From Convolutriloba macropyga (lineage: Eukaryota): DNA of 64,000 nt. The notes under the pieces were generated by a model. It was not told the origin of the DNA. It searched no databases and saw nothing but the letters and a program-made list of their open reading frames with translations. The stretch is taken from the NCBI RefSeq assembly GCF_964194025.1, contig NC_134474.1, forward strand, positions 54,250,001-54,314,000, written 5' to 3'. This document shows, one piece after another, positions 60,501 to 64,000 of the stretch (within the stretch, counting starts at the first letter, position 1; each line of letters opens with the position of its first letter). The translations under genes were made by a program, and so were the position numbers.

Positions 60501-63500
60501 GTAAAGACAGGTTTATTGAAATGAGATTTGTATATATTGAGTTTTATCAAAATGAGATTTGCGAGAAACAAAGTTTAAAATATTGTAGAACAGATGTTTA
60601 ACATAAAAATTGAAATCCACAGAATTTATACAACAGGGATTTATGACAACTGGGAATAGAAATCAAAAGAAATTATACAACGCACGATTTATGACAGCAT
60701 TATTAAATGCAGGGGAAACTATGAGCTTCCTTGAAGAGCTGGAGTCAATATAGCTGTAAAGCGATAACTCATGTTATATATTTCATTTTTCAAAAAACTG
60801 TTATTACTTGTGTGAATTGTCTCAGTTATGATTAGGTGTGAAGTATTAAAGAGTACAAGATTTATTTGGATTAAATAAATCAAATGGTCAAAAGAGGAGT
60901 GGGATGAGCAATTATCACTAAAACCGGCGATTGTCACGACAACTTCAAGTTTCGGCTAAGGATAGCCTAGCTCCTCTTTATATGTGAACTGCTCCTCCTG
61001 CCTTTTGTTCCCTGTTATACTTGATTCCGGACGTGCCTAATGCCAAGCTCGTGCACATCTCTGGTAGCTCATGTTGTAAGAATCTTGAGCTCTCCCTTTA
61101 TATCTAAACAAAACAGATGCAACAGAGAGAAAAAAAATGTGAAGGGGGTTAGCGCGAATGAAAAAAAAAGGGTAACAAAAAAAGACAATCTGGAGAGTTG
61201 ATGATATAAATTTAACCAAAATTCAACTTATATTTTCCTGAAAAAAATGCAAAGTTGTTTTAGATTTACAGTTATCAAAGTCAAAAGATCCATAAATTCA
61301 ATGTCATACGAGAGGTGGCTTGCAAGTCGCGGGAATCTGGTTAATAAATTTCGCTCAGCATTGCATTATGCAGATTAATTCACAGTTGAAAGATCTTGAA
61401 ATTAATGACAAAGAGTTGCATTTATCGTTTGATGGCCGATAAGTAGATAAAGGTCAAATATTTGCAAATTTAAGGAAGAATAGAGGATACAGTAATATAA
61501 TAAGACGAAGTTAAAGTTATTAGAGTTGTTTGGCCCTATTTTCTGCTTTCAAACTGTTTTATAAACCAGTTGAACAAAGAACGCCATGTTGACAAAAAAC
61601 GCCCTTCTGAAAAATATGGCCTCACCTAAAAACAAAACAAAAAACAAAAGCTAAATTAATAAATTTCCTTTCCCAACACTTGGTGAATATTGGCTTGTCC
61701 GGGGAACTCCCAGCAATCCGCCTTCATAAAGCAATCTTCATAAATTGTTCAAATCTATCAATTAGATGAGTCAAACCAATAATCCCAGTTCTTCAACCAC
61801 AGCTCCGAATGTTGCATCAACAATTTGGTACCGCCGGGTCCTTGAGCCTCGATTGCAGAGGGTGGAACTTTTTGGAGATCGTATTGATGACTGAGATGAA
61901 TTGAAAACCTAATCATACTAATTGAAAACTTCTGTTAACGCCTAAGCTTCGAACTGAATTTTACATAACAAATTCCTCAAGTTTTTGCTTTTTGAATTAT
62001 TTCTGTTAAAATTTAATCATGATAAAGTGTTGATTTAACTAGTTTTTCGGGGTCCTTTTGATAATGGAAACGTTAAAAAACATGAATTTTTTTGCTTATT
62101 TGAAAAAGTATTAGATCTAGTGCGACTTGTATTTGATGTGGGTCAGTAAAGTTGCAGTTAATACTTATGATGAAAGTATTCATTCCATATTGTACAAAAA
62201 ACAGGAGACAAAAAAACAGGACACAAAATTTCTGTTCATTGTCAGCCGGCCTGAGCTAGTAGCTAACGGTTCATAGGAGATGATTGTTCCGTTCATTCGT
62301 AATAGTGCCTTTTCCTCCTTTTCTCACAACAAAGTGCTGTTTTCCTCAAAAAGCTCACTTCACAGTCATATTTCATAATTGAGGACTTGCTCGTACAAAA
62401 AAAATATCCTGAAAGCGTCCTCTAGTTTGAAGATGAACTATCATTTTTCCTGAATAATTTTCCATTTCAAAAAATTTCGCTTTTCGTCTTTTAGAACACT
62501 TACGTCATGATTTTGCTTTTTTCGTAAAACTTTTGCTGACTTTAAATATTTAAACGTTTAATTTGTCAAATTGGATATTGTTGATGTCATTACATGTATT
62601 TCTGCAGACCTGTTTTTAATTAAGGTCAAGAATGATCAAATTTTTGCCCCTTTACTAGACGTTTTTCGCAGTAAACTATTTAATTTAAATGTTATTATGA
62701 CCAGTAACTTTTTCATTACTATGTAGTGATCGCACCGCCATCACCTGTTAATCTTCGATATACTGGAATACCTTTATAGGTGTACCTTCTCTGCCTCATT
62801 GACGCTTTTTGCCTTATTTTTTTACAGATTTTTCTGAATTTAATCAGTTTTTGAAGAAACAGAAACTGACATGTCAAAAGTACACATTTAAAAGAAATTG
62901 TGTTTTTGAATAACAATCCCTGTTGCTAATATTTTTTAATAGCAATCGGTAAAAACATTGCAAAAAGAACTTTCCAATTTTCTTCAGAAAAAAATGCAAA
63001 AATGTCGCTTCAAAACTAGTACCCGTGTTAAACATGAGATTTTCGGCAAAAACTTTCGTTTCTCAATCGAACAACTCCAAAGGCTCAGAACGCATCCTTC
63101 AATACAGAGAAAAAAGTCAAAACTGTTTTAGCTGCTATCGTTTATGGACTGGCCCGTTACTGACAACGCACGCCAGTTGAGTTCGCTATCAAATCGGATA
63201 GAAAGACTCAAACATCAGGGAGCCGATGGAATACAAAACGGACTAAGCTGTGTCACTCGCTGAAGATGAGTATCCTGGGAATGAAGATGCTGTTTACAAA
63301 CATCAACCTCAACAGGATAGGATTACCAAAAATCAAGGCAACGCTCGACTTATTAAGATTTAGGACCGCAAAAAAAGAGATCCTTCAAACGTTACCTGAA
63401 GCTAATGGTCACGTTGTTGGATTGGCATTTCAGAAAAGAGCCCCAAAATGGCTACCTGTCTCAATAATGAAACGCTCCAGTTCCACGCTAACAAAGGTGG

Positions 63501-64000
63501 AATTCCGCTGCGGTTTGTGTTTCCGGTACAATTTAGAAACAAAAAACAAACCTATTTACTGCTTTCGTGGTGAAAACTTCACAATAACTCAAACTCTCAT
63601 CTGTGACAGGAGTGTTAAACCCGCATTTGGCTCATCAAAGTTAGGGTCACGTTTGAATGGATAATGCACTTTGTATGCTATGACGTTGAAGACTAACCAG
63701 CTCTTCAGATGTTAGAAATCAAAATTTTTACCAAAAGTATTCTAGCACTGATGCCACCTTCAGTTTGACATCATGGCAAATTGTTTGTGAGGGTCTAGGT
63801 TCAGCCGAAACTTCAATGGCGCAAAGGATTTTAATCCATACTCAATTTAACATATCAACAGCGATTTATGGAAAATAAGAAATTAGTTTTGTTGCACTCG
63901 TGCTTTCCAGCATGTGAGGTGCAGGACCATGTGCAATAAACACTAAAAAACAACTACCTACAAATATCTCTGAAAAAAAGACGACACACACGGACGCAAA

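Noticed and set aside
61300-61910. Possible DNA-transposase relic (KELHLSFDG) and coding-like patch
   Set aside because: Short and interrupted by stops; no second motif or TIRs found
63266-63664. 132-aa ORF
   Set aside because: No recognisable domain or supporting gene structure; left uncalled pending a BLAST search

Overview
Eukaryotic (metazoan-like, AT-rich) transposon-dense region with no recognisable host gene. From left to right: (1) a degenerate + strand CR1/L2-like LINE (1-4380) with three reading units: SGNH-esterase-like ORF0, PHD ORF1 and APE-RT ORF2; (2) a ~550-bp non-autonomous Helentron-type (HINE/DINE-like) element at its (TAA)n tail; (3) four head-to-tail ~8.68-kb units (5207-39933), each holding a CR1-like LINE 'A' nested with a 6-bp TSD in an older CR1-like LINE 'B'; (4) a minus-strand I-group-like LINE 'C' (PHD plus three CCHC knuckles, APE-RT) preceded by a homologue of the same SGNH-like ORF0; (5) two CRE-like (RLE-endonuclease) LINE families and an RT-deleted Penelope-like element, rearranged by two further tandem duplications (49.5-60.5 kb). 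Most notable signals: a stand-alone esterase-like ORF0 with a basic tail shared by LINEs of different clades; in-frame UGA ORF1/ORF2 junctions with no ORF2 AUG (UGA-CUA in element A), suggesting stop-codon readthrough; N-terminal PHD fingers in five unrelated LINE families; and an identical 13-mer near the 5' ends of two unrelated LINEs. All calls are from manual motif reading; no searches were run.
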